Source: an uncultured bacterium (GTDB lineage: Bacteria; CAZDME01; JAYEMH01). Taken from it: a stretch of 64,000 nucleotides of DNA. The notes beneath the pieces were generated by a model. That model had not been told where the DNA came from and ran no database searches. It was given only the letters and a program-made list of their open reading frames with translations. Below, in pieces: positions 1-8,774 of the stretch. Each line of letters starts with the position of its first letter. Position 1 is the stretch's first letter. The stretch spans positions 134 through 64,133 of the forward strand of contig CAZDKO010000004.1 in assembly GCA_964506075.1 (NCBI GenBank), read 5' to 3'. The position numbers and the translations under genes are program-made.

Positions 1-641
1 ATATTAACGTCTTCTTCATCAAGCTTACCGGTCTTCCAGTCGGCAATAAAATACTCATCGCCACTTTGATAAAAGCAGTCCAGCACTACAAAAACCTTGG
101 TCCCATTCAAAATGAAAGACGATAATTCCTCTGTTTCCAGCCAGTTTTCCTTCGGCATATCGTAAAGATGTTTATACAAAATAGAATTATAAAAAGTGCC
201 GAGACACCTCTCCACCCGGCCGGCGATTTCCTTCCATTCGGCGTTACCGATTTCAACGTCGTATTCGTGTTCAAATAAAGCCAGGGTTTTGGGGTTCTGG
301 CGGTAAAGTTTTCTCCTGGAAGAAGCAAAATCCGTCCGCATCATATCTAACGTGATACCAATAATTTTATCTTCCGATAAAGGTCTTATGCCCTGGGAAA
401 GATTTTTTAAACTCCTTTCAATGGTAGAATGGACGACACTCCCAATCCACATATACCGGCTCTGGAGTTTTTTAAGAATATATAAGTCCCTGGTTCTTTT
501 AGGCGCGTCTAATTTCCATCCGCCCCAGCTCCCGTAATAATTAAAATAATACTGCCTCAAGCAGGTTCTAAAAATAGCGTCCCTGGATTTTGACCAGGAA
601 AATTCGTTTTCTAATTTTTTGCCGAAGAGTAGGTTGTTCAT
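1..641 (-). CDS. PD-(D/E)XK nuclease family protein (Cas4/RecB/AddB-like); C-terminal part runs off the left edge
   Basis: Absent from the supplied ORF track because it has no stop in the window. My reverse-complement translation from ATG 641-639 stays open to base 1: MNNLLFGKKLENEFSWSKSRDAIFRTCLRQYYFNYYGSWGGWKLDAPKRTRDLY...TKVFVVLDCFYQSGDEYFIADWKTGKLDEEDVNI. The N-terminal S-x-S...C-x-R-x-YY motif and the VLD...IADWK (D...D/E-x-K) core fit the PDDEXK_1 pattern. Confidence 0.7.
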   Translation of the reverse strand, partial: MNNLLFGKKLENEFSWSKSRDAIFRTCLRQYYFNYYGSWGGWKLDAPKRTRDLYILKKLQSRYMWIGSVVHSTIERSLKNLSQGIRPLSEDKIIGITLDMMRTDFASSRRKLYRQNPKTLALFEHEYDVEIGNAEWKEIAGRVERCLGTFYNSILYKHLYDMPKENWLETEELSSFILNGTKVFVVLDCFYQSGDEYFIADWKTGKLDEEDVN

Positions 642-674
642 TTTGTTTTGGTTTCCGTCAAACATCATGGCGGA

Positions 675-696
675 CCCGCCAAAGCTTTTTGGCGGG
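675..696. repeat. GC-rich perfect hairpin (9-bp stem CCCGCCAAA/TTTGGCGGG, 4-nt loop); short member of the GC-rich element also at 37725-37772 and 48352-48399
   Basis: Read directly. The core GCTTTTTGGCGGG is identical at 684-696, 37737-37749 and 48364-48376. A GGTTAA-word array follows at 699-726. Confidence 0.8.
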
Positions 697-726
697 AATT
701 GGTTAACTAGTTAAATGGTTAAATAG

Positions 727-1824
727 TTAAACTAGACCTAAAAAGCTTTCAAATGAAGAATAAAATTCTGCTTTTACATTCAGAATCTGTTCAAATCTAT
801 CTCTAACAGATACATCTTTATTTACAACTATTAATTCTAAATGGTTTTTTTTAGATCTCTCGTATCTTCTATTTGATAATAACTCCAAAAGAAGATAATC
901 GGTTACTGATAAAGAACAACCAATAATAACTAATTTATCAGACTTAACAATCATTTCCCTAGCCTGTTTGTACAAACTTTTATTCATTTCTTTATCAAAC
1001 AAAGGAGGAATAATTTCTCTTTGAACATATAAAGATCTATCTTCTACATGTATAATGGTATTGCTTCCAAAATTACTCATAATTTTCTTTGAAAAATATT
1101 TGAAATTTTCTATCGGGATAATATAATATTTGTTTTCCATTTTATAGTCTTTCTCTAAAAGATCCACATTAGCATCTGAATCTTCTATATAATCTCCGGT
1201 AGTTTTTAACCAATTTAAAGAACCGTGTAATTTGACATAATTACTTTTTCTTTTACCGTTATTGCTATCTTCAATCCATTCCTTGCCGTTATAATAACCT
1301 CTAATTGATAAATTATAGGAAAGTCCATCTTTTATTTTCTTTTTTTCTAATAAAGCAAAATCCATAAGCAAATCGTAATTTATATTAATAATACTGTCTT
1401 CTTTATCCATTCTATCTGCTAATTTATTATGAAGTGTTAATTCCAAATTATTAATTTTATTTTGAGACGCTACAAATACGTCGGAAATAAAATCTTTCAA
1501 TCTTTCATATGTAAATAAAATATCTACATAATCTTGCTTTTGTTCCTTTCTAAAAGACCTTCGTTTTACATATTCAAATGTCATGAGTAATTCTTCAATA
1601 GTCGGTTCCCCTTTTTTTAAATTTTCGTATCTAATTCCCAATTTTTTCTGCAAAAAATCAAATAATAGACTTTTATAATTTCCTTTAGACAAACCTAAAT
1701 TTTCAGCTACATTAAAAAAGTTCTTTAGAGAAGGGAAAGATATCATTCTTTCTCCTTTTTTATACCTACGATATTCGCTTTCCGCTATTGAAGCGCCAGC
1801 TCCTAATATATATGTAGTCGTCAT
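727..1824 (-). CDS. SIR2-like domain protein (SIR2_2 type, candidate NAD+-consuming effector)
   Basis: 365 aa with ATG at 1824. YILGAGAS at the N-terminus, NINYDLL and KLHGSLNW give the SIR2_2 signature with candidate catalytic Asn/His. VIIGCSLSVTDYLL lies near the C-terminus. The gene is clearly more AT-rich than its neighbours. Confidence 0.7.
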   Translation of the reverse strand: MTTTYILGAGASIAESEYRRYKKGERMISFPSLKNFFNVAENLGLSKGNYKSLLFDFLQKKLGIRYENLKKGEPTIEELLMTFEYVKRRSFRKEQKQDYVDILFTYERLKDFISDVFVASQNKINNLELTLHNKLADRMDKEDSIININYDLLMDFALLEKKKIKDGLSYNLSIRGYYNGKEWIEDSNNGKRKSNYVKLHGSLNWLKTTGDYIEDSDANVDLLEKDYKMENKYYIIPIENFKYFSKKIMSNFGSNTIIHVEDRSLYVQREIIPPLFDKEMNKSLYKQAREMIVKSDKLVIIGCSLSVTDYLLLELLSNRRYERSKKNHLELIVVNKDVSVRDRFEQILNVKAEFYSSFESFLGLV

Positions 1825-1836
1825 TTTTTAAACTTT

Positions 1837-1940
1837 GACCCTCTGACCATTTGACACTCTGATACTTTTTATCCCCGCTCCCATTTAACCACTCACCAAT
1901 TAACCATTTAACCACTCACCATTTAACCAATTAACTAAAT
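1837..1940. repeat. Tandem degenerate octamer/heptamer array (GACCCTCT GACCATTT GACACTCT GATACTTT; then CCATTTAACCACTCACC x2 and TTAACC words)
   Basis: Four tandem 8-mers at 1837-1868. The 17-mer CCATTTAACCACTCACC is repeated at 1881-1897 and 1904-1920. CTCTGATACTTTT (1857-1869) is the reverse complement of 24392-24404. Confidence 0.85.
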
Positions 1941-1944
1941 AATT

Positions 1945-2340
1945 TTATCTTTTCCAAAAACACCACGGATTTGGCATTTCCCCTTTAATCTTTTTTATTG
2001 CTTTAGCCAATTCATCTTGACAAAGATATTTAGCGTGGTCGCAGGGGCCTCCGGTATAAAATTTTTCCAGTGTGGATAAAGCCCTCTGGTCTCTTAACTC
2101 TCCCAGTGCCCAAACGGCCACAATTCTTTTATCCATAGCTTGCTCTTCAGAAGCAACATAAGCCAGCAAAGCCTCAATTCTATCTCCCGGATAAATCTGA
2201 CCGGCTTCATCACTAATCTTTTTCACTTCTAATTTTATAGATATAAATGATGACCCGTATAAAACCAGGATAGCCAGAAACCCTAAAGAAAGTCCTAAAA
2301 CAAGAGCTCGTTTCCAATTAACAGATACTTCTTTTGCCAT
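1945..2340 (-). CDS. Membrane-anchored HEAT/PBS-lyase-like repeat protein
   Basis: 131 aa. N-terminal TM helix (ALVLGLSLGFLAILVLY) followed by a HEAT-like repeat (VAVWALGELRDQRALSTL). AAGGAG lies 6 nt upstream of ATG 2340. Confidence 0.5.
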   Translation of the reverse strand: MAKEVSVNWKRALVLGLSLGFLAILVLYGSSFISIKLEVKKISDEAGQIYPGDRIEALLAYVASEEQAMDKRIVAVWALGELRDQRALSTLEKFYTGGPCDHAKYLCQDELAKAIKKIKGEMPNPWCFWKR

Positions 2341-2358
2341 GTTATTCTCCTTATTGTT

Positions 2359-2390
2359 AAAACTGGGGGAATTTTTTTAGTTCCTCCCCC
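2359..2390 (-). terminator. Weak candidate intrinsic terminator downstream of the GT2 gene
   Basis: The minus strand reads GGGGGAGGAA-CTAAAAAAA-TTCCCCC-AGTTTT. The stem needs a bulge and the T-run is short. Confidence 0.25.
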
Positions 2391-2430
2391 GGTAATAAAA
2401 GAATAATTCTTATCTAATCCTAATTTTTAC

Positions 2431-2467
2431 CTATCCGCTATACGCTACCCGCCATCCGCTATATGTG
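2431..2467. repeat. Tandem heptamer array CTATCCG CTATACG CTACCCG CCATCCG CTATATG
   Basis: Five consecutive 7-nt units of form CTANNCG, read directly. The array abuts the stop codon of the GT2 gene. Confidence 0.85.
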
Positions 2468-3442
2468 CTATTCTAAAACTTCCTTCACCACGTAAATCGG
2501 CTTTTCCTGCGTTTCGTGGTGGGTGCGAACCATCATCTCCCCTAAAAGACCCAGGCTGATAAATTGAAACCCGAGAATAATCAAAAGGATGGCTAATAAT
2601 AAAAGCGGACGGCCGGCAATACTCTGCTGAAAAAAGAGCCTGAGAACGGAGAGATACAAAGCAATCACAAATCCCAGGAAAGAAAAAATCACCCCCATCA
2701 GCCCGAATATCTGCATGGGGCGGGTCGAAAAACTCATTAAAAACTTAACCGTAAATAAATCAAGGAGGACTCTCATCGTCCGGGAAATGCCGTATTTGGA
2801 TTTTCCTTTAGTCCGGGGATGATGTTTAACTTTTATTTCGGCAAAGGTTATTCCCCGGATGCTCGCCAGAGCCGGAATAAAACGGTGCATCTCGCCGTAA
2901 AGATTTAAAGATTTCACCACGTCCTGACGATAGGCCTTAAGGGTACAGCCATAATCGTGAAGTTTCACTTTACTGACGTGGGAAATAAGAAAATTAGCCA
3001 TCTGGGAAGGCAGCCGTCTGGTTAAAAAGGGTTCTTTGCGGTCATAACGCCAGCCGCTGACCAGGTCATAACCCTCTTTCATCTTATCCATTAATTTCTT
3101 GATGTCTTCCGGGTCATTTTGTAAATCGGAGTCAAAGGTCATAATAATCTCTCCCCGGGCATAGTCAAAACCGGCTGAAAGCGCGGCCGTCTGGCCGAAA
3201 TTTCTCCGGAAAGAAATAATCTTGATATGGCGGTCATGCTGATGAATCTTTTTTAACATCTCCAGAGAACCGTCGCTGCTTCCGTCATTAATCCAGATTA
3301 TTTCGTAACTCTGGTTAAGTTGAGAGAGCGCGTCCTTTAATCTCTGATAAAGAGGCAGGATGTTTTCCTCTTCGTTATAAACAGGAATAACGATTGATAA
3401 ATCTAAAAGTTTCCCTTCGTTAGATAATTTTTCTTTTTCCAT
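2468..3442 (-). CDS. Polyisoprenyl-phosphate glycosyltransferase, GT2 (GtrB/ArnC/DPM1-like, with C-terminal TM helices)
   Basis: 324 aa. IVIPVYNEEENI, DGSSDGS and DSDLQNDP (DXD) match GT2. Two C-terminal TM helices are present (IFGLMGVIFSFLGFVIALYL; LLLLAILLIILGFQFISLGLL). GGGAGA RBS precedes ATG 3442. Confidence 0.8.
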   Translation of the reverse strand: MEKEKLSNEGKLLDLSIVIPVYNEEENILPLYQRLKDALSQLNQSYEIIWINDGSSDGSLEMLKKIHQHDRHIKIISFRRNFGQTAALSAGFDYARGEIIMTFDSDLQNDPEDIKKLMDKMKEGYDLVSGWRYDRKEPFLTRRLPSQMANFLISHVSKVKLHDYGCTLKAYRQDVVKSLNLYGEMHRFIPALASIRGITFAEIKVKHHPRTKGKSKYGISRTMRVLLDLFTVKFLMSFSTRPMQIFGLMGVIFSFLGFVIALYLSVLRLFFQQSIAGRPLLLLAILLIILGFQFISLGLLGEMMVRTHHETQEKPIYVVKEVLE

Positions 3443-3451
3443 CTGCTTCTC

Positions 3452-3582
3452 CCATTAGTTAACTGGTGAGCGGTGAGCAGCAAATAGTCGTTAGTGAATA
3501 GTATCTAGTATTTAACAACTACTAAATACTAACGACTAGCGACTAAATACTTAATAACCCACCCTGTTCACTACTCACCATA
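3452..3582. repeat. Long quasi-palindromic spacer built from GGTGAG / TAGTNNN words and their complements
   Basis: GGTGAGC GGTGAGC (3465-3478) opposes CTCACC (3574-3579). TAGTCGTTAGT (3485-3495) is the exact reverse complement of ACTAACGACTA (3528-3538). AGTATTTA (3507-3514) pairs with TAAATACT (3523-3530). The 17-mer TAAATACTAACGACTAG (3523-3539) recurs at 16776-16792. Confidence 0.85.
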
Positions 3583-3584
3583 TC

Positions 3585-4502
3585 TTATTCGCTCCAATCC
3601 GGAAACTTACTATTCGCTTCGTCAAAGGTCAACTGTGTTCTTTCACTGCCATCCGCTTTAATAATGTAAAGATTCCAGTTACCGTCTTCCCCTTTAGGCG
3701 AAGCGGCATAAACAATCCAGTCTCCATCCGGCGACCAGGCGGGATAATAATCCGAAAGTTCTGAAGTCATCGTCAAGCGCCTCTGGTTTTGACCCTCGGC
3801 ATCCATCAGCCAGATATCACCGATGTTATCACTGCGGTCAGTCACAAAGGCAATCGTTTTTCCGTCCGGTGACCAGTCCGGACGGCAGCTCCCTCCGCGA
3901 CTGGTAATCCTCTTTATCTCTTTAGTCTCCAAATCCATCAGATAAATATTCCAGCCCAGTTCATTGCCGGTAAAAAGCATTTTTTTTCCGTCCGGTGAGA
4001 AAGCGGCTAAACCGGCGCGGAAATTTATTTCGGTCAAAAGTTTTTCTTCTCCGGTATCTAAATTAATAAGATAAACCATTTCGCCGTTTCCGCGGTCTGA
4101 AGTAAAAGCAATATGTTTTCCGTCCGGCATCCAGACCGGGTCATAGTTAGCAAAATCATCCCGGGTTATTTGCCTCTGGTTTCTGCCGTCAGAATCCATC
4201 ACAAAAACCTGCCATTTGCCGGTCCGGTCAGATTTAAAAGCGATTTGTCTGGCCTCCGGTGAGAAACCCGGATATTCATCATTGGCCGGGTTATTGGTTA
4301 AATTAACCAGGTTTCCTCCGTTAGTATTTATCCGGCAGATTTCCCGGTTCCCGTTTTTATCAGACTGAAAAATAATCTTTCCTTTTAAACCGGTCAGGAT
4401 TTTATCCTCTGAAGATTTTTGCGCTTCCGCATTATTATTTTTATTTCCGCAGCCGGCCATAAAAATCAGCGTGAAAACTAAAACCAATTTTTTAAAACTC
4501 AT
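3585..4502 (-). CDS. TolB-like (PD40/WD40-like beta-propeller) lipoprotein
   Basis: 305 aa. Lipoprotein signal with lipobox FMAG-C. Repeated PD40-type units occur (SPDGK..IAF.SDR, PDGKTIAFVTDRS, SPDGDWIVYA). GGAGG RBS is present. The start overlaps the upstream stop (ATGA). Confidence 0.75.
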   Translation of the reverse strand: MSFKKLVLVFTLIFMAGCGNKNNNAEAQKSSEDKILTGLKGKIIFQSDKNGNREICRINTNGGNLVNLTNNPANDEYPGFSPEARQIAFKSDRTGKWQVFVMDSDGRNQRQITRDDFANYDPVWMPDGKHIAFTSDRGNGEMVYLINLDTGEEKLLTEINFRAGLAAFSPDGKKMLFTGNELGWNIYLMDLETKEIKRITSRGGSCRPDWSPDGKTIAFVTDRSDNIGDIWLMDAEGQNQRRLTMTSELSDYYPAWSPDGDWIVYAASPKGEDGNWNLYIIKADGSERTQLTFDEANSKFPDWSE

Positions 4503-5668
4503 TTCTCCTCCTCCACCTTCTGATAAAGTTTTTTAACTTTGGCGAGGTACTGCTCCCGGCTAAATCTTTCCCCGGCATATTTCTTGGCTCTCTGAGCTAA
4601 CCCTTCTCCCAAAGCTTCATCCTCTAAAAGTTTCAAGATTCCTTGAGCTATCCCTTCCGGACTTAAATCAGTCAACATTGATATATCTTTATTTAAAACC
4701 TGGGTGTGGCTGTAAATATGCGTGGCGACTATCGGCCGCCCGGAAAAAAGATAAGAATATATTTTAAGCGGGGTATTATTCCCGATTCTCCGGGGAGAGA
4801 CCAGAATATCGGCCAAACTCATTAAAGCCGGCATTTCTCCCATCGGTCTTTTTCCGATAAAAATAGCTTCTTCTTCCAGATTCAATTTTTTAGCGAGCTT
4901 TCGCATCTCTTTTATTTTTTCTTCATCTCCGCCGGCTAAAACAAATTTAACGGCCGGATAACTTCTTTTAACTATGACGGCCGCCTCCAGCAATAAATCC
5001 AATCCCTGGTTATATTCAAAAGTGCCGGTATAAAGAACGATTTTATTCCCGTTATCTTTAATTTTCTTAAGAGCACCCTGCTTCTCCGGCGCTTTTTCAT
5101 CAGACTCCAGGATAGCCAGATTCTCAATCAAAAAAACTTTTCCCTTACCCGTAATTTTCCCCGCCTCTTCGGCTAAATGCGGGCAGATGGCAATAACGGC
5201 ACTTGAATTTTTCAAAAGCCAACGCTCCGTAATTCTGGCCAATCTTAATATTACCGGCGAATGAATGAATTTATAATTCACCAGCTGTTCAGGAAGACTG
5301 GAATGCATATCATAAACGTGAGGAAGGCGAAATATCTTTTTTACCAGCGCCCCTAAAAACCCTGCTTCCTCATGGGTATGAATGCAGTCATAACGGTTTT
5401 TAAAAATGAAGTGAAAAGTCTTTAAAAAAAGGAAAAAATCCAGCGGAATTTTATTAAGCGACGGCCCGATTTTAATATCTTTTATCCAGAAAGGGCGAAA
5501 GGAACGGAAAATTTTAAGCCCTTTTATCTCTACGTTCTGGCCAAAAGGATAAGTAATTAAATCAACCGTATGGGCTAAATCACTAACCGCCCCGAGTCTT
5601 TGCCTGATACTGAAAGGCGTCCCCCGGACGCGGAAAAAAGGCTCCGGCGCTACCATTAATATTTTCAT
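4499..5668 (-). CDS. Glycosyltransferase family 4 (GT-B, Glycos_transf_1)
   Basis: 389 aa. It has the typical GT4 layout: MKILMVAPEPF N-terminus, then a C-terminal half with LAGGDEE..., VSPRR.GNNTPLKIYSYL and GRPIVAT. Confidence 0.75.
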   Translation of the reverse strand: MKILMVAPEPFFRVRGTPFSIRQRLGAVSDLAHTVDLITYPFGQNVEIKGLKIFRSFRPFWIKDIKIGPSLNKIPLDFFLFLKTFHFIFKNRYDCIHTHEEAGFLGALVKKIFRLPHVYDMHSSLPEQLVNYKFIHSPVILRLARITERWLLKNSSAVIAICPHLAEEAGKITGKGKVFLIENLAILESDEKAPEKQGALKKIKDNGNKIVLYTGTFEYNQGLDLLLEAAVIVKRSYPAVKFVLAGGDEEKIKEMRKLAKKLNLEEEAIFIGKRPMGEMPALMSLADILVSPRRIGNNTPLKIYSYLFSGRPIVATHIYSHTQVLNKDISMLTDLSPEGIAQGILKLLEDEALGEGLAQRAKKYAGERFSREQYLAKVKKLYQKVEEEK

Positions 5669-5683
5669 TAAACCCTCAATTTA

Positions 5684-5779
5684 AAGTAGTCAGTAGATAG
5701 TAGACAGTAGTCAGTGCTAAATAATCAGTTTTTAATTTTAGGCACTTTGAAACTTCGAGCTTTAGGCATTTCATACTTT
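5684..5779. repeat. Tandem heptamer array TAGTCAG TAGATAG TAGACAG TAGTCAG followed by TTAGGCA/CTTT words
   Basis: Units at 5687-5714 read directly. AGTAGACAGTAGT is also found in the 38526-38553 array. Confidence 0.85.
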
Positions 5780-5782
5780 ATA

Positions 5783-7516
5783 TTATTTTTCTAATTCAAA
5801 TAACCTAACCGGTAATTCCTTAATGTTATAAACCTTAATTTCTCTGGCTTTTTCCATCACTTCCGGATAATCTCTCTGGAGTCGACGCAGTTCCTCGCGA
5901 TTATTGCCGTCCCAGAGTATTAAATGAGTAACCGGATAGCGGGAGAAGGTTTCTCTTTCGTTCCCTTCTCCCAGATAAAGAGCCCGGTGAGAATTTTCCA
6001 GGCATAAAAGCGGCGCCCACAGACCCGCCAGATAAGCCCCGTCAAGTATTTTTCCCAGGTCGCGGGAGGTATCCCTGACCGTATAATTGGGATACTTAAA
6101 CCATTGAAAATATCGGTAGCCGTTGGTCAAAACCGAAACCATAAATAAAGCGATAACCACCAGTTTAACCGGTGAGAAATCTAATTTAATTTTATTTTTA
6201 AAAACAAAATTAAGTTCCAGCAGTAAATAATAAAGCATAAAAATACAAAAGAGGGAAATAATGAAAAAGAGCACCGGGCTTATTATCTGCTTTAAGGTAA
6301 AAAAACGGTAAACTAAGGCGATTACACCGGTGTACCAGATAACCGTTAAAACCCAGAAGATAATTTTCGGTTTTCTCGCCGGTAAAACTTCGCTTTTAAA
6401 CAATCTAACCAGCGCAAAAGCCGTCACCAGACAAAAAGCCGGAATAACCGAAATAAAATATCTAATCGGGTTATAATTCAGACCGGAAAGAAAAATAATC
6501 CCCCCGCCCCACCAGAGCCAGGCAAAAAACTCCGCCGGATAAATTTTCCTCCAGTTTCTGAACAAGGCATAAAGAAAAAAGGGCAGATAAAAAAGGCCGG
6601 TCAGTAAAACCAGCGGGGTTTTGGCCAGATAAAACATTTTGGGCTGTTTTAAATTCTGCCACAACCTCTCCGGATTTCCCGGAATGGCTTTGGTCAGCCA
6701 GGTCTCTCCATAAGCGGAAAAATATGTTTTATTGGGCAGGTAAAAGAAAAGAAACCAGATGATGACCGCCGCCAGAAAACCGGAGAAAAAATAAACTAAA
6801 TCCGGGATAATTTTATTAAAAGGTTTACCCTCGTTTTTCCGGATTAAAGCAAAAAATAAAGAAATTACCAGTGCCAGAATAAAATAAACAGCCGTCCCTT
6901 TACAGACATAGGTGGCAAAAGAGGTTACTCCGGCCACAAGTAGAAATTTTCTTTTTTCTATCCCCTTTTGCCAGAAGAAAAAAGCCATCAGCAAAGCCGC
7001 ACTCATAAAGGTATCGGTTAAACCGAGACGGCTGTACATCAGGTAAATATAATTTATACCCAATAAAACAACAGCTCCCAGGGCTACTAAAAAGTCTATT
7101 CTCTTTAAGGCAAAATAAAAAAGCACCAGGCCCAGAAAACTAAAAAAAACCGTCACCAGACGCACCGGTACCAGTCCGGGGCCTAAAAGTAAAAAAGAAC
7201 CATATTCACTCAAGGTGAGAAACGGATTATATAACATCGGGTTCCAGTCATCGGTAATCCATTTCCCGAAAAGAATTTTATTACGGGCATTATGAGCATG
7301 CGCCCCTTCATCGCCAAATAATCCGCCGCTCCAGCTTAATTGAGTCGGCGGGTCAGCGGCAAGGTGCCCGACTTTAAGCCCCAGAAGAATAATAAAGACA
7401 AAACTAATTAAAATGACTTTTTTATTTTTACACAAGAGAATTACTTCTTTAAAATTTAACCAGCATCTCTCCCATGACTTCAAGGGTGAGATCTTGACCG
7501 CCCTCACGGGTAACAA
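5783..7516 (-). CDS. Polytopic GT-C glycosyltransferase, ArnT/PMT (GT39/GT83)-like
   Basis: 577 aa with at least 10 predicted TM helices. An FGDEGAHAHNA acidic motif follows TM1, as in PMT_2/ArnT enzymes. The start is uncertain: 7516 is a TTG overlapping the upstream gene by 68 nt, and alternative in-frame starts are GTG 7507 or TTG 7435 (CKNKKVIL...). Confidence 0.65.
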   Translation of the reverse strand: MLPVRAVKISPLKSWERCWLNFKEVILLCKNKKVILISFVFIILLGLKVGHLAADPPTQLSWSGGLFGDEGAHAHNARNKILFGKWITDDWNPMLYNPFLTLSEYGSFLLLGPGLVPVRLVTVFFSFLGLVLFYFALKRIDFLVALGAVVLLGINYIYLMYSRLGLTDTFMSAALLMAFFFWQKGIEKRKFLLVAGVTSFATYVCKGTAVYFILALVISLFFALIRKNEGKPFNKIIPDLVYFFSGFLAAVIIWFLFFYLPNKTYFSAYGETWLTKAIPGNPERLWQNLKQPKMFYLAKTPLVLLTGLFYLPFFLYALFRNWRKIYPAEFFAWLWWGGGIIFLSGLNYNPIRYFISVIPAFCLVTAFALVRLFKSEVLPARKPKIIFWVLTVIWYTGVIALVYRFFTLKQIISPVLFFIISLFCIFMLYYLLLELNFVFKNKIKLDFSPVKLVVIALFMVSVLTNGYRYFQWFKYPNYTVRDTSRDLGKILDGAYLAGLWAPLLCLENSHRALYLGEGNERETFSRYPVTHLILWDGNNREELRRLQRDYPEVMEKAREIKVYNIKELPVRLFELEK

Positions 7517-8750
7517 CTACTCCCGGCCAGTAATCCCCGGGTTTAAACCATCCGGCAAATAAACTAAAGGAGACGTGGTCATTCAATTCGTAATTAAACC
7601 GCAGGTCAATTTCATCACCATCGTGTTTACCTTCTCCCGGCCTACCCGTACCCGTAGTGGAGTCTATCGCCCGGTAATCAAACCATTCCAGTAAAACGTC
7701 GAGCTTCTCCGTCGGTTCACATTTAAAAGTGGTGCGGTAAATTATTTTATTGTCTTCCGTATATTTGGTATGCAGTTCGCCAAAATTTTCCGACCGGAAG
7801 AGCGGATGAAAAGAATTATAATCACCCGAGTCCGGATATTCCTCACCGGATACGCCAATCACGGTAAAAGCCAGACTGGGATTATATTCAACCGGGAAAC
7901 GATATTCGGCGCCGGCATAACCGCCCCAGGCTTTATAATCCCGGTAACGAAAATCTGCTTCATCATCCGGTAAAAAGACATTATTAAATTCACCCCATTG
8001 GTAACAGCCTTCGGCTTTAAGGTAAAGATTTTCAAAAGCCGGAGTCGTCACCCGGCAGCCGGCAACCCAGACCCGGTCTCTATTGGGATGATTATGTAAT
8101 TTCCTGGTGGCATCATCATCAAAAAATAAGTACGGCTCAACGGTTTTTTCCGGGGTAAATTCATAGCGAGCTACTAAACCGGCAAAATCATTCCTGCCGA
8201 GATTGCTTTCTCCGCCGTGCGCTTCTTCTATCCGACTGTAAAAAGCGTCCACGGTCAACTGGTCTCTTAAATATCTCACCTTTACCGCCGTAAAATTCTC
8301 CGGTTCATCGTTAATATTATCCCTGAATACATCGCGGTTACCGGTAAGAAATCCTTCCCCGTAGAGGAGTTCCTGCTTTCCTAAAGTTATTTCAAACGGC
8401 CAGTCAAAAATGCGGCAAAGCTGAACATAAAGCAAGTCTACCTTCAACCTGGAATCGTTTAAATAATCGGCGTAATCTTCATCACCGAACCAGTAGGGCC
8501 CTCTAATTTGCCCATGAAGTTTCACCATATCTTCCAGCAATCCCAGGGTTCCCCATACCCGGGCCCGGATTTGGTATAAGTCCTGGCTTCCTTTTTGATC
8601 TTCAAAGAAATCCCGTTCGAATTCCCGGTAAAAAGCCCGGAAACGAACGTCACCTCCGAAACTATAATTTTTATCCACTTCTTTAGCAACAGCCAGACCA
8701 GCCAGAGACACAAACACCAGACACAAAACAAAACAAAGCTTCCTTCTCAT
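7449..8750 (-). CDS. Outer-membrane beta-barrel protein (alginate-export/porin-like; family tentative)
   Basis: 433 aa. Signal peptide (VSLAGLAVA-KE), amphipathic strand pattern, and a C-terminal ...GEMLVKF ending in Phe, typical of OMP beta-signals. AGGAGG RBS is present. Confidence 0.6.
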   Translation of the reverse strand: MRRKLCFVLCLVFVSLAGLAVAKEVDKNYSFGGDVRFRAFYREFERDFFEDQKGSQDLYQIRARVWGTLGLLEDMVKLHGQIRGPYWFGDEDYADYLNDSRLKVDLLYVQLCRIFDWPFEITLGKQELLYGEGFLTGNRDVFRDNINDEPENFTAVKVRYLRDQLTVDAFYSRIEEAHGGESNLGRNDFAGLVARYEFTPEKTVEPYLFFDDDATRKLHNHPNRDRVWVAGCRVTTPAFENLYLKAEGCYQWGEFNNVFLPDDEADFRYRDYKAWGGYAGAEYRFPVEYNPSLAFTVIGVSGEEYPDSGDYNSFHPLFRSENFGELHTKYTEDNKIIYRTTFKCEPTEKLDVLLEWFDYRAIDSTTGTGRPGEGKHDGDEIDLRFNYELNDHVSFSLFAGWFKPGDYWPGVVVTREGGQDLTLEVMGEMLVKF

Positions 8751-8774
8751 TAAATTACTTCCTCCTTTCTTAAT

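Noticed and set aside
107-328. 73-aa minus-strand ORF from the track
   Set aside because: It is out of frame inside the longer open reading frame (1-641) that encodes a recognisable PD-(D/E)XK nuclease.
675-696. GC-rich hairpins as canonical rho-independent terminators
   Set aside because: The stems are good, but none is followed by a U-run on the transcribed (minus) strand, and one copy lies inside a CDS. A repeat-element interpretation fits better.
6471-6662. Short minus-strand ORFs nested out of frame in larger genes (also 8522-8731, 12864-13046, 25187-25378, 50780-50968)
   Set aside because: They are fully contained in longer ORFs that have clear family signatures. No independent evidence supports them.
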